64,000 bases of DNA from Takakia lepidozioides (Eukaryota; Plantae; Bryophyta): the NCBI GenBank assembly GCA_030704615.1, contig CM060734.1, forward strand, positions 42,098,001 through 42,162,000. The letters are read 5' to 3'. Below are positions 1 through 14,222 of this stretch, piece after piece. Under the pieces are notes generated by a model. The model was not told where the DNA came from, did not search any database, and saw only the letters and a program-made list of their open reading frames with translations. Each line of letters opens with the position of its first letter. Positions within the stretch are counted from its first letter, which is position 1. The position numbers and the translations under genes are program-made.

Positions 1-3000
1 CTCCAGTACTTGTCCACTATCGTCCTCCACATCCCCAAACCTATCCACTTGAGACGATGAACTAGCTTGTCCACCACCCTGCACTCCATACACACCCCCA
101 CCAAGCTCACCAGTGTCTATGTCCCCTTCGGAACTCCCACCCACCAAGCTCTCTCTCAGTTCACTGCCAAACTCTGCCACCTCGCTACTAACACCCACTC
201 CACCAAAGCGGACTGAACCAAGTCTATTATCCCCAAGTTCAAAAGTGGCACCATCTCCTTGTACAGCTTTTTCATCTCCTTCCTCTTCAACACAAGCAGA
301 GCCTTGCCATATCGGATCTCCGTGCTCCAGCATCAGCGCCTCGGTATCCAAAAGCTGACTGTCGTACTCCCCATGGTCAAGCAAGTGGTTACCACTGGCA
401 ACCTGCCAGCAGAACAATTTTAACCCATGGATCCACAGCCAATGACATAACCTGTGGAGACAGGAACTGTTACCGGACATCTTCTGGCTTAGAAGACCAT
501 CCCCTAATCATGCATCATTACTTTACAAAACAAAACTGGGTTCCCAACATGTGTTGACAAACAATGCGTTGAATTAACCAACAAACCTATCATGTACCAA
601 CATTAACCTATCGTCCATCGGCAAGTGACTGCAATGCATCAGCACAAGATAGCAATTTGCAAGAAACCAGCCAACCATTGTGCAGAGAATTCATTCCTGC
701 ACATGTACATACGCCTCAAAATTTCACCTAAAACGGCACTGATATAGCACAAAAAAGAGGTGGGGATATGCATGACCCGCCCTTTCACAATCTCAAAGTC
801 AAATTAAAGAGAAAAAGGAATATAGATCCAGCAATTAAGGAAGACTAGGAGCATTTAAAAGAAGCAGAATAAGAGCTGCAATACACACTTATGCTTCTCA
901 AGGTGGCATATCAACGAATAACATGTCAGCCATGATTTGGTTATCTTTCCACAGCTAATCTCCAGTCATTGCAGTGTGAAGATTATTCACACCACACTCT
1001 CTATTTACATACATTACATTCTACTCTATGCATCATTGCCTCCCAGTTTATGCAACTCACCTGGGACTGCAATACGTCCAGCTCACCAGCCTCTATGTGC
1101 CCAAACAACTCATTAGTGTGGATTTTGTCCATTTCTGCCTGGATATCCTGCCGTCCCGCCCCTCCCTTCATGCGGTAATACTCTTCCCCCGAAAAACATG
1201 ACTGCTGTCAGACGATATTACACCAATGGAAAACTTTAGTAACCAAGACTCAAATTTCCTTGATAGGAGGGCAGGCAAACAGAAACGAATGGAGAGAAAG
1301 AATGAATGCGAGCAAGTGAGACAAAGACAGAATGCAAGAAACTTTAATGCCAACAGGAAGCTCAAAGAACTTATGGGACAAACAAAAGACAAGATAGAAT
1401 GAACAGAAAAGCAGTGGCACCCCAAAAACTGGCCACCACAACCACAGAGAAAGAGAAAGGTACTAAGAAAGGAGGGAGGGATTGCCATGAACACTTCAAC
1501 AATCTGCACAGACAAGAAAGGCGTGAGGAAAGATGAAATAAAGGAGGGGGGCTTATGGAAAGACACACAGACACACACATAAAAGAGCGAACATACATTC
1601 ATCCCCCAAAGGAGGGAGGGATGGAAGGCTGGGAGGGAGAGGGATGAGCTAGAACATGCCTCTTCTTCTACAAATGAGCGGTCATCATCATCATACTTCT
1701 CGAAGTCCTTGCCATGATGGGGGCCCCGGATATTCTCTAAACTGGGACGTGTCCGCTCATCCTCACTGGGGTAGTCAATCTCATGGGCAAGAAACCATTC
1801 TTCGTCTTCAATAGGTTGCCGGTGGTAGCCCGGATCATCATCATCCTCATAAGTATCTGAGTCCCAATAGTCATCAGGATAATCTACGGCTGACTCACTC
1901 TGGCCATCGCCTGCCGTTGCGAACCCAGACAGGAGCTCAGAAGTTTCCTCAACAATGCCATGGCTGACTGATGGGCGTGCAGATGTGCTCAACCGGCGAG
2001 ACCCTACCCCAACCACATAGTGTTACTTTAGAACAACGCTTGAAACTTCGAAGAACAGAACAATCAGTCAAATGCAGACACCACAGAAAGCAAAGGCACA
2101 CTCCAATCGCCACCTAGTAATGGTCAGGGCATAACAAAGAAGCGTTGAGACATGGTGAAACTCTACTTTGTCTATGAAATCCTAAATCTGACAATATAAA
2201 ACAAGCAGCGATATTTAATGTTAGACTAGCAGACAACCATGGTTGGAACTCCTCAAGTTCAGGCCAGAACAATCATGGAGCCACCACATGGAGCATAAGG
2301 TAAAAGGAAATGCCAATGATTGACAATATCGAAGGTTACTGTTCCTAGAGACAGTAAGTCACTGAGGACAGGCTAAGACAACGAAACTACAAACATGTGC
2401 CAAATCCATGTACCTGATGAAGAGATATCCTGGCCGACAGGAATGTCAAGATATGAGCCCAGTCCAAAGGGAATAGCCTCTGACGGACAAGCAGTGCTCG
2501 CCAAAGCCACGCCCTCTGAACTTGTTCTTCCTCCCCCTTCACTCCAGCCATCCTTCCCTAACACTTGAGGGGACTTCGGCTCAACCGATCGAAGACGAAC
2601 AGGTGGTAGCCTAGGAAGCTCCTCCTGACCAATGTTTGGAGCTACAACAGTAACCTTCAAATCTGTGCTCCTGATACCTTTCTCTCCTTCCTGTGCTATC
2701 CCCACTAGCTGTCCTCCCCCCTGATCTTGAGACACACCTGCACCTTGTGATCCACGGTGTTCAGAGGACTCTTGTTCACTGGCACTTTTGTATGACTCTA
2801 GGTCTAACCCACCATCCTGGCAGCTCTGGCCTCCATCAGCAGCAAGGACCCTCATTCCTTCCTCAACACACCATGCTTCTGAATCTGGTATCATTGAAAC
2901 ACTCGTCTCACTGAGGGGATATGGAAAGGTAGTTTTGATGGGTACATCCTTCCACCCAGCCCCTTTAAGACCACTGCTGTTATTGTCTCTCAAGCCATTT

Positions 3001-5250
3001 TCTACCATGCCTTTGTCCCTGGAGAGTGCCGCCAAACCCCCTCCCCCACTTTGACCATAATACAGCAGATCTGCTTCCTCGATAAATCCATGAAGGAACG
3101 GACTTCTGTCATGGTAAGATGGAACTCGCTCTTTTGGAACCTCTCTCTTGTCATTCATTGCCGCAGCCTTCTCTGGTGCCTGTGACCCCTGGTTGTCCTG
3201 TTGCAAACAATGAACTCAATCTCAAAGTGGATTAACCCAATACCTGTCGCATTATCAATATCTCACCTATCAATACATGAAAACGACACCATTATATGAC
3301 TTCAGAAACTCTATTCTATCATTTACTTCTCATATGGAGGAAAATAGCACATTACAGTTTTCTGAAGCACGCTGCTGAAACACTTCATGCACCTCAACAC
3401 AAACATACTACTGCTGTACAATAGATTGACTCGTGATAGCTTCAGGCAGTGACACAGAGCTGAGAAAACATACAACGCTATAGACTCAAGAACAGGAGAT
3501 CCATGGCCTTGCTTAATGCCACTGAAAACTCCAGAGTTGGATAGACCAGTAAGCAGTACAAGCCTACCTTGATAGCTCTATCTTGCTGTGACACCCCCTT
3601 GTCTTGTTGAACCTCCACCCTCCTTGCACCCAAAGCTCTTCCTTTCTCTCGATTGAGTAATGGTTTGTCAGACTTCTTTGGCTCCCATCTCTTCACAAAT
3701 CAAAGACCGAGTCAGGCAGCGTTTGGGAAATATTCATGATTACAAGTAGAAATACATTTCAACATCCAGACTTCAATCGGAGATAGTTGCACATACAATC
3801 TATGCATCTATTGGCAGTGGATACCGAGTCCCATCTGCAGTATGATGAATGTTTTTATCATGTCCTCTCGCTTAAGTTAACAGCTTTCAATTAAAAAAAC
3901 TCCTCGGCGGCCCCACACACCTGCTTTAGAGCTTCTACCTTCCCCCGTGGGGGTTCAAATGTGCCTTGCTGGAAACCAATGTCTCGTGCAACTGTCACCC
4001 CCTTCTCCACTCGCACGGGGAGATCTCCCCCTGTTTCTTCAGCATTGACTCCTATGCTCTCTTGTGGAAAGAAACTTGTATCCATCTCCTTCTTTTGTAG
4101 AGCAGCAGTTTTCCTGTTGGAAGAGCTTGGTTGGACTTCTGCATCAATTTGGACAAGCTCTGCCTGCATGGTCCCAAAAATGTATATATTTCAATTTGTC
4201 CACATGGAGCTTGAAATGACCTTCTTAGAGTGCAATGCAGTGTCAATGTTCTGCCATACTGTGGTAGTACATGGACAATCCACAGTCACTAAGAAGGGTG
4301 TGATTACTATCAATTTTCCTGATGCTTCCAGAGGAACCTCCATGTGAACGGAGAGAGGGACATACAGAGAAGTAAGCCATAGGAGAAAAGAAAGTTAGAT
4401 AGGAATTTAGCACGTCTAACAGGATTCAAGAGGGAAATGAACTACAAGAAAAAACCAAAGAATGCTTCAGATGAGCCCAAACATTGCTCAGAGACAAAGT
4501 GCATCCCCACCAGAGCCCTACAAACTTGGACCCTGCAATATGTATGGAGCACCCCAATACCAGCTTCAGTGGTATGGTCCCACCTATCATAACATACAAC
4601 TACATAAAGTATTTCTGCATATGGGATAGCTGGACAAAGAGGCATGACAGGACAGCATTACTGTTGACCCTTGAAGTTCTTACCGGAGTCAATATATTTT
4701 CAGGCAAAACTGCCACCATTTCAGACACTGGAGCATGAGTGACTGGAAGCAGTGAATCCCCCTTCTTTCTTTGCCCCATTAAAGGCTTTTCTGACTTGCA
4801 AGAATCAAGCTCCTCAACCACAAAGTCCATAAACAAAGCTTCAGGGTCTTCAACCTTCACTACTGGCCAGACGATGTTCACCTGTGATTGCAGCCTCTCC
4901 TTTTCTGGCACCTGGTGACTTGGTGACTGTTGTCTGAACTCAGTACCAGCTTTCATGTCTGTTTCTAGCCCCCATTTCTTAGTGTCCAGTTTCGGTTTGT
5001 GCAATGCAGCTTTCACTGGTAGGCCCTGTTTTTCAGGTATGAGATCCAGCTTCTTCTGCTGTAATTCTGCTTTCTCCTGCAATGCTTGGAGGTAAATGGT
5101 GACATCAAGGTCAAGGTCATCATTAAGGGGGATAGGGAGAGGCCCATTGGCTTGCTGTCGAGCCCTGAGCTCTGATTTAAGTGCGGTCTCAGCCTTGGTA
5201 AAATGGTGGCGATGCAAATACTCCAGGATAATGTTGATAGTTTCTGTCAT
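1..5250 (-). CDS. Plant-specific DYRK kinase (DYRKP), copy A; N-terminal 7 exons only, kinase domain lies beyond the left edge
   Basis: Phase-consistent exons: 5250-4669, 4163-3921, 3690-3568, 3197-2414, 2003-1660, 1204-1061, 402-<1. They are collinear with copy B ([21 protein letters not shown]; ELPRLPPVRL; [16 protein letters not shown]; [27 protein letters not shown]). No stops in the spliced frame. Confidence 0.9.
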
Positions 5251-8200
5251 TTTCTCTCCACAAAAGCTATCAACCGGACAGGTCAACGAGGAAATGCTGT
5301 TCAGATCGAAGCCAGAGCTTCTCCCCTAACCCTAACTCTCAGCATCGCCATTTCATTAGCGAATATGAGTGATCGGTGAGTATGGAAGCCTCAAATTTGA
5401 AGAGTGTATACTTGCTCCTAAGAAGAAGGATCGGGCAGCCTTCCTCCAAAGGGCCACACTGCTTTCCTACAACAGCCATTTCTGCATATGCCTCCGACGT
5501 CATCGCAATTTGTGCATCACTGTTCAAAACCAATCTTTCACCCTCTGTTGACAACCTTTACCCATCAACATATTTGCAATTTTCTTGGGAACAGAGAAGG
5601 GTCTTTAACCCTAGCGCAGCTGCTCACTTTCACTGCTTTGCCCCTTCCACAGCTCAGGATGCGGCTCCTGTTATCGCCAGGCACTCAAGTCACCACTGAC
5701 CAGCTACTAGATACACTACATGTGCACACACAAAGTAACACTTGCAGCCAAGTACTTTGGATAGACCAAGATGCGTGAAGACATGTTTCCTGTCTTTAAA
5801 GATACAACTTTGCTAAATGGTCTGGTCCCCAAGGTGGATAATATGTGAACTGAAGCCTTCAAGAGACTGAGCAGTGTCAATCAGGAGGAATAAAGAGGGA
5901 ATAGATATCGTGCTAGAATAGCAAACCATGGAGTTGACTGAAACCACCCTACAGACAGTAGACCGGTGCCCTCTTTCTCAAGTCATGGCTGCTTAACCCC
6001 ACCAAGTCAGGGAAAAATAAGATTTGTCGGCGGCCAACAGACGCCTTAATCTTCCATTGAATGCAGCCCTTTCGAAAGGAGCACTCAAGAAAGCGATCAT
6101 TGCTCACCCGCTAGCCTTCATCACTCCAAATAAACCACCGCAAAGAACACAGAAAGGATAACAAAAGACAGAAAAACTTCATCCGTCAGAGCTGGCGCCA
6201 TTCTCTATCAATCAAACCAGCGAAGCAAAGAGGTGCAAGGTCAGGATCGCACCGGCATAGCCGGGGAGGCATCAGTCAGAGTCCGAGGCTACATTGCCAA
6301 TTCCAGCACAGCGAGGATACTCGCACCTCCCGAAAGCATTCCTTGCAAACACATATCCCTCTCGCATGTTGGAGGTGCCATCACTGAATTCTTGGAGAGG
6401 TCAACCGCACTCAAGTGCGATGCATTAGGGCAATTCTGTGGTTGTTTGCGCGAGCCATAGAGTGGGGAAGAGCGGGAACGAGGAAGGGTGGGAGAGCTGC
6501 TTAACCGAGTTCAATTATACGTTTAACTTCTCGTTAGGTCTCTGATTAATTCACCGTTTTTTATTGTGGCCAATTTTCGCCAAAAGGCTCCATTGCTTTT
6601 TGGGCTCCTACCTCACTAAAGGGAAATGAAGGCTTTTTTTCTAATGAACGAGAGGTTGTCACCAGAAAATACGTACGATTGAGAACGTGGACCTGTTAGA
6701 ACCTGACAGCTGTCATGTAGCAACATCTCTAGAGGTGCCAGCTCATTTTTTTCGCCACGTGGGTGTGCTGGGTAGAGTACACAAGTACCACTCGTGCTAC
6801 TTTTGAAGAATGAGAATAAAATAACAAAAGAATTAAAACACTGGTCTGATAAGTGAATCAGTCTGTGACAGTTCCGTTCCTCTTACATATGATTGCTTCC
6901 TTTTTTTTTTCCTTCCTTTTTACTTCAATTTGTAGGAATAAAATGCAAATTCATGAACCAGCTGAGTCATCCAAGTATAATACAATCAACAAAAGGGGTT
7001 GGTATACAGCATATTCCCATTTCTCTTGTGCGGCAAAGTCATTTGTTTTTCAAAAGAAGAAGAGGCCAGAAAATGTATCAATGGGGTGAAAAAAAACCAC
7101 AAAAGCCATGGAAAAAAAGAAAAAAGAAACAAAAATGTGGATGCATTGCCAAAGTACTTAAATTATGGTGTGGTTTGACCCTGAAGAGCTACTGGCCCTG
7201 TCCCCTGTTTTATAACTCTTTAAAAGAGGAGCTACTGCCTTCCAGTGGAAGGTGGCCAACTATATGACATCCGACTTGTGGTTTAAACCCACACCCACTA
7301 TTCGAACTTTGTATGCATTTACCACTAGGCTAAACGTTCATATCTTCACCATGGAGGCTTATTACTGACCACATAGAGCCAAAGTGAGCACTAAAAAACC
7401 AAGCAGCCTGGGGGCAGAGCGGCGGAAAGCACTGAAACAAACTAGCAGAAGAGAAAAGCAACACCAAAGAATAGCAGGCCAAAGAAGCACCAGAAAGAAG
7501 ATGGCCCAGGGAGCATTAGAACAGCAGGCCAACCAAGGCCAGCAGAGAAGAGAAAACAGGGCAAAAACCACTTAGGAACAGGGAGAATGAAGCAGGGCCA
7601 GGAAAGCCAAATATCTAAATTTAAAGTCAGAAAAACAGACTCAAAATTTAATCTGAGTTTAAATTTGGAGTCACGCACATGTGCATGCCACGAGTTGATG
7701 TCCCCTTTCTTCACTTTCAATAGGCGAATTCCCATTCTTTGAGGAGCTTGTCCACCCAAGAAATGTTTTTGTGGGAAAGACGGGAGCAGAATGATGGTAA
7801 AGTTCAAAGGGAATTACTCTAAACTGTAGGCTCCAGCAGTAGTATATGGCCAAAAAACCTGCGAAGTGAGGAATTAAGATGTGGTGCAAATTCAAGGTAC
7901 ACTAATTTGAACCGGGTTGTATACGACTGGATGTCCAAAATCACTCATCATACGCCTGCAAGTCGCAATAGACAAATTTCTACCACGTTGGCATTGAAAG
8001 AAGTTGCATACATGACTTGGGTTGAGCGTCGATTTTTTTGCAGTTTTTAAAATTTTTGAGAAAAATAACTAGAAATTACAAAAAGTTACTTGAGTTGCGT
8101 AATTATATTATATTTAAATATAAATTATTATTCTGTCTCTCATAATTAGGTGAATAGTGGGCGTCGTTTTAATCACTCATTATATAATTAATATCTACAA

Positions 8201-8409
8201 AATATTCTGATTGCATGATTACGTGTAATATTCAGCAATGAAAATTTACAAATTTATAAAATTTCAAATTTGAAACTTGTTGTGTGGCATGTTATATGAT
8301 TGGATTATATATGAAGGTATGGGAAGGATGAAGTGGAAGAGAAGGATGTCGTTAAGTGTGAAGTAAGGTGTGTGATGTGGAGTATGAGAGTGATGAAGGA
8401 TTGTTGATG

Positions 8410-8790
8410 CACACCAAGTCACTGGAATATTATGATGGAGGATTTAGCAAGCACAAGTGTATCTGATAAGAGTGTTTTGAAGGCATATGAGCAGATGACA
8501 AGGTTTAAAACTCGACCACATGCTGACATCATCAAAGCTATAATTATATCAGACGACATTTTGAACAATTGCCCTGGTGGACATGTATGCTAAATGTGGC
8601 ATCATCGAGGATGCAAAAGGAGTGTTCGACACTATGGCTGAATGAAATGTGGTGTCTTGGAGCACAGTGGTGATCGTTGGATATACCAAGCATGGGTACA
8701 ACATGGAGGCTTTGAAGACCTATGAACAAAGGATGCGTGAAGGGGTGAAGCTTTCAGGGTCACATTCAGTTGCGATTGCATTGCGTGCAT
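8410..8790 (+). pseudogene. Degenerate PLS-class pentatricopeptide repeat (PPR) gene fragment
   Basis: Translation from ~8570 gives ALVDMYAKCGIIEDAKGVFDTMAE*NVVSWS...GYTKHG...EALKTYEQ, which is the PLS PPR consensus with a stop and frameshifts. Confidence 0.8.
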
Positions 8791-8944
8791 GAGCCTAACA
8801 CTTAAGCTACAGACTAGCAACAATATCATTTAATGATTCAAACACTTAGTCGGTCCGAAAGTTAGGAGTTAATGATATGTCCGGTCAAAATCAAAGTCAA
8901 ATATCTGTGCGCTCCGCTCAGTTACTTGTGTGAAGACGATGTGT

Positions 8945-10303
8945 GTGGGATTCCCCATCTGTTTGGACTTAGTAAAAAAAGGAGAGAGAGGCAGGCTAGA
9001 CTACCGCATGTATATTTCTAACAAAGCTTGTTTTCTTGTCGTGGTATGATAACAAATTTGTGAATTTGTTGAACTATGTTATGAACCCGGTGGCTGGAAA
9101 CTGTTTCATTTGAAGGTGGCACTGTGGTGCCCACCGTTTAGTCCCCACCTCCCCCATTGTGAAGCATAACGAGCAACACATGAGGGGTGTGGATGTGCAA
9201 AATCAGTTGTGCAACTATTACTCAGTTCACACCCATGATCACAAATGGTGGTACAAGTTGTATTTTTATTTAGTGAACACAGTCTTGGTGAATTTCTACT
9301 TTGTTGTACCAGTCTGTCGCGCACCTCACTGTGGTAAGCTCCCCTTCGAGTCATAGTTACTCGCTTTGATGCGCGCGCCTAACTCCCAAATTGCCCGCCG
9401 GACCAACTTGGAGTTTCGGCTGCTCACCGAGGCATAACGGTCCCCCTCACACTCCCATTCGACCCTCGACCTGTCGGGCTCAGTGGAAATTCCATTTGGT
9501 AGATGGCAGTCCGGAACAGATCCCCACACCTTGGTTGCTTTCCGGCTCGCACACTTACTCACTAGTTTTTGGTCACCAACGGGCTTGCACCGTTCTCGGG
9601 GTTACTACTCCCTATATATACTTCTGTAGGTGTCCGCGGGGGTTCCACAAGTAGCCAAGTCCAAATCTGTTGCACCACCACTTAGACCCTCGATCGTTCT
9701 AGTTGTGAGCCGTGGTGAGTCTTGGCCCACCCACCACGGCCCCAATGGACCGTGGTGAGTCCCAAGACTCCCCACGACTCCCACCACAAAGGCCTCAGCC
9801 TCATGGTGAGTCCTATGCCACCCCCACTACGACTCCCTACGTTACCACCACCCCTCGTGGAGCCCCCATCACCGCAACCCGGTTTGCGGGGCTCCACCTA
9901 GTGAGCTTCTCCGCCTCTTTGAGTGGCTTCAGCCCCCTTTCCTATTTGCTGCCACTGCCCCCACCACAGGGGCAGACCCTCTTGTGTCCCGACCCCCCGC
10001 CCTAAAGGCAAAGGGCCGCGTCACAGTCCTTTATGAAATGCATGGGTCAGACCTCCCCATCACATCTTCTTTTCAATTTGGAGATCGTTAAATGACTAAT
10101 TGCCGGGTGGCTTGGTCTAGGGAGAACAATTCGGCTTGGGGTGTTGTGTCCAAATCCACGAGCCCTTCACTTTTCCCTGAAGAGCTCTAGAATGAAGAAA
10201 TGCATGGAGTGTGGTTGCAGGCAAAGATACTACTGCCACGTCTGTGGAGATATGTTTGTGTGTTTGGGTGCATGTTTTGTGAAGCGTCAGAACAAGGGAC
10301 TTT
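8945..10303 (+). mobile_element. piggyBac-like transposase remnant (C-terminal DDD core plus Cys-rich domain), interrupted by a solo LTR
   Basis: Frameshifted peptides GERGRLDYRM...SWYDNKFVNLL and HMRGVDVQNQLCNYYSVHTHDHKWWYKLYFYLVNTVLVNFY match the piggyBac consensus YNxxMGGVDxxDQ...KWWxKLFFxLLDxxxxNAY. After the LTR come SHLLFNLEIVK*LI and CMECGCRQRYYCHVCGDMFVCLGACF (Cys-rich C-terminal domain). Confidence 0.85.
9315..10023. mobile_element. Solo LTR (709 bp)
   Basis: Begins TGTCGCG and ends CGCGTCA (TG..CA ends, imperfect terminal inverted repeat). Perfect 5-bp TSD CAGTC at 9310-9314 and 10024-10028. Internal TATA-like CCTATATATA near 9611. Removing it rejoins the piggyBac coding sequence. 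Confidence 0.85.
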
Positions 10304-11710
10304 GATGTGGATTAGTTCCAAGTGCTAATTGTTTTGGGTTGTTTGTAACTGCAGAGAGATAGCATGTGCATCTAAAAAGGTTTATGTTTCTGTGCACTTC
10401 TTTTCTTTCAAAGTAGTTTGTCTTTGTCTCATTCTGTACACCCTACTTATTTTAGAAGTAGGGGGGTTTATGCTAGGTCTCTGCATGAAGAGGTTTTATT
10501 AGGATATATGTATTTTTTGCTCAATTATTAGCTATTAATACAACAACTCAAATAAGTTCCCTTCATTGCCATTCGGCAGGAGCAAACCCAAGGTCACTTA
10601 GTCACTTAGTCTTAGTGATACCAACATAGAGTGAGAGGAACAAGCCATTCCATACAAGCCGTGGCAGGATCAGGACAAGAGTCAATGACTGAGATGTCTA
10701 AGATTCTGATTGTAAAGAGCGGCAGAGAAATTGAGCATTTGTGAGAAAACCAGCAGGAGCCGAGAATCAAGGTTTCCCAGTTTCGAAGTTACATAGATTA
10801 CCTGGCAGTGCCTCTCCCCAATACCCCCCACCTTTCCAAGCTGGAATAGACCAGTCCATGATATGTACCCCAAGCCGGGATTCCAAAATCTGGGACAAAG
10901 ACACATGGGCAGGAATTTTACCTGTCTAAAGATAAGGCAAATTCTGCCAATGCCAATGCCAACAATAGTCCTGGGGCCAAAAACATGGAATCTATTGAAT
11001 GGGATTTTCCAAATGTACACAAATCTACAAGGAAGGTTATCAAGTTCCACCAAACATAATGTTTGTGACATAGGGCCCTTATTGAGGACATAAATTGGTT
11101 TGTCGAGAGTCCCACACAATTCAATGGTAGCAACTGAGGCAATGTGCCGCAAATGGCTCATACGTAACTCCTTAAAGACATAATATTATATTATCGTCAC
11201 AAGCTACACATTTGTGAAAAACAGTGCTTAATTCTACGTTACACAGAGATCATGCACAAGGCAAGTGCATCATACCGTGATGCTGTATGAACCCCTCGTG
11301 CTTTAACTGAAAGGGGTGCTATGAAGGTTACACTCAACACTTCCCTCCAGTCTTAACCCCAACTCAATCGGGGTCTGAATCTCATCTCAGGAATCCTATG
11401 GTTCTATCGGTAATGGAGCTTCATAGAGGACCAATTCTACGCAGGCCAAGTTTCACCAATGTACTCTTGGGTTTGACCTACAAGTCACTCTGCACCCTAT
11501 TTTGCTAGAACTAATTTTTTCTCTGTGGACCCTACTGTAAAAGAGGTACAATGTCTCCTGGCTCTTATAAGACAGGACAGCAGTGACGATACGAAAGAAC
11601 AACAATTTCAAGACATTGCCCTTTGGAATATGCTACAAGAGAGGAAGAGAGTTGCACGAAAAAAAAAAGGGATGGAAAAAGATGATGCAGATGAAAGAAT
11701 GATGCTGCAT

Positions 11711-14190
11711 CTATGAAGAGATAGGTTCATATGGGTATGAGAGCCAAGGATGTTTCAGGGCCTCGCTAGCAGTTGGACGAGTGGTGGAGTTGATCTGCAG
11801 AAGGTAGCCCATAAATTCTGTAAAACATTGGTCACCCATGGGCAGTCGATGAGCCAGGGATGTCTTCTTTGGCAGCAGGTACTCCAACTGGTCCGTATCC
11901 TGATATACACACATGGCCTATGAATGAACAGATGTTGCTAAGACAAGAATGTCATTTGATCTGGTTTGCAGTGGTGGTGCGTAAACAGTCCAGAGAAAGA
12001 AGATCATGAATTACTAGGGTGCTGGTTGTCGAGACCACCCCTGCAACTATGGAGTCTGTTACCACATGGGGGATAGGACGTCATCAACATTTTTTGAGGT
12101 CCTCAATCCACTTGGTCACAAATCTACAGTACGCAGCCAGTCTCTCTGCAGGTCATGTGAGCAAACCCAAATCTGCTTGGTACTTTCAGAATCCTTCTGC
12201 ATGATTTAATGCAAACCATAACCTCTTGACACGGGACAACACGGAGTTGACCACCTGAGAAACTACGGAATTACCTGATTCCGCTCATAAAGCATGTGGT
12301 TTTTGGTGAAGAATTTGTGTGTGTCACGCCCTTTTGATAGGAGCTCTGGGTCAATAGGTCCCAGAATGCCTACCACTCGTGCTAGAAGTGTGGCCAATGA
12401 ATCATTTTGGAACAGTACCTGTGGAGACCACACTGGTGATGTTACTTTTCACATTGCCAGAATTTACGATGCTTTTAGAACCATGTAGCATACTGACATC
12501 AGAGTACATCTACATACAACATGTGCTGCACATGAAGCTGCTTAACACTAACATGATGAACCCTGAAGGACATGTTGGCATCCACAAACAACAAATTACG
12601 ATTACCGACACGTAAAAGCACCTGATAAGCAGTCTGTTCACAGGGGTAAAAGAAAGGACTCACATTCCCAGAGCAAAGCTCTGCAATGATACAACCAAGG
12701 GACCACATGTCAATCTTTTGGTCATAGGGAAGACCCAGAATAACTTCAGGTGCCCGGTATGACCGTGACTGCACGTAAGAGCAGAGGTGATCGGTCTGGA
12801 AGCAACTACTGCCGAAGTCAATCACTTTGACTTCACAGCGACTGTAGCTCTTCACCAGAATGTTCTCGGGCTTCAAGTCACAGTGAATCAATCCCAGCCC
12901 ATGGATGAACTCCAACGCTTCCAAACACTGCCGTGTTATTGACTGTTCCACATCACCCTGATTAGGTTACATCAACCTAAAGCCTTTCTACAGAGACTAT
13001 GAAATGATAGGACAGAAAACCAAGGACACAACGTATGTGGGAGAAAGAGAGAAGAACATCAAATGTAAAGGGTTACATGGTGACACAGTTCCACATGAAA
13101 AGACTCCTAGTGTCCGTAGGAGACGGCCTGCCTCATGCAGGTAAGCTGCACTTCTGGTCCTTAAAAGCCAAAGGCTTCTGCAAAGGACAAGGTATCTCTA
13201 AAGGAACAGTACTATCCGCCCTTCATCATAGTATGGAGGGTAGGAGAGAAAGAAAGGATGATCTATCTCCATACACTTGGAAAGTCCTACCCTCACAAGG
13301 TGTACTAGGCCAGTGCCCTTGCAATATGTAGACTGCTAAACAACACAAACCCTCAAAAGGGGGGTGCAGCACGTTGGAAAAGGTAGGAGGCATTTATTGC
13401 AGGAACCTTCTCAGATCCTCACCAATCCTGCTCTTGTCTTGCTTGTCAGGATATACATTACATCCAGTAGAGCCTAGGCGGCCCATGAAATATATGTGTG
13501 TGTGAGAGAATGTACTCATAAGACGTTTGCCGTAGTCTTGTGGCCATTGACCCTGCGCCCAGTTTGAGCAGAACACAAAGGGACAGATACTACCTTTGTC
13601 AGGGGCTCACGCCGGCAGTATGACTTACCTTGATCCGAGTTTTCCAGATATCCTCTAGAAATCCCTTTACACAAGCATCAATCTGACGTGTGTGATTTGC
13701 CCAATAACTAGGCCCCAAAAGGGCCTGGGCTTTTGGCTGCGTGTGTGAGAGAATGTACTCATAAGACGTTGTTTGCCGTAGCCTTGAGGCCATTGACCCC
13801 GCGCCCAGTTTGAGCGGAACACAAAGGGACAGAACCTACCTCTGTCAGGGGCTGAAGTTGGTAGTAAGACTTACCTTGGTATAAAGCATTGATCCGGGTT
13901 TTCCAGATATCCTCTAGAAATCCCTTCACACAAGCATCAATCTGCTGTGTCTGGCTTGCCAAATAACTAGGCCCCAGAAGGGCCCGGGCTTTTGGCTCAG
14001 CCTCCTTTCAAAGTTGGTAAACAGAGGTACAGGCACAATTCCCTTAATAGATTTGAGGAGAGCGTCTCTCTGGTGAGAGAACCCCGGACAGTGAATCAGG
14101 AAATGAATATTGTCTTCGGGTTGCCCACCCAACGGGCAATTGCACTCTCCCTTTCCTCTCTGCTTCTGTTTGCTGTTCAAAGGTAGACTC

Positions 14191-14222
<32 letters not shown>

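Noticed and set aside
113-358. Ser/Pro-rich + strand ORFs (also 15233, 16784, 17225, 28509)
   Set aside because: They are antisense shadows of acidic or Gly-rich exons on the minus strand.
10682-11161. 159-aa minus-strand ORF
   Set aside because: No recognisable motif. It lies downstream of the DYRKP-B stop and is probably a chance ORF.
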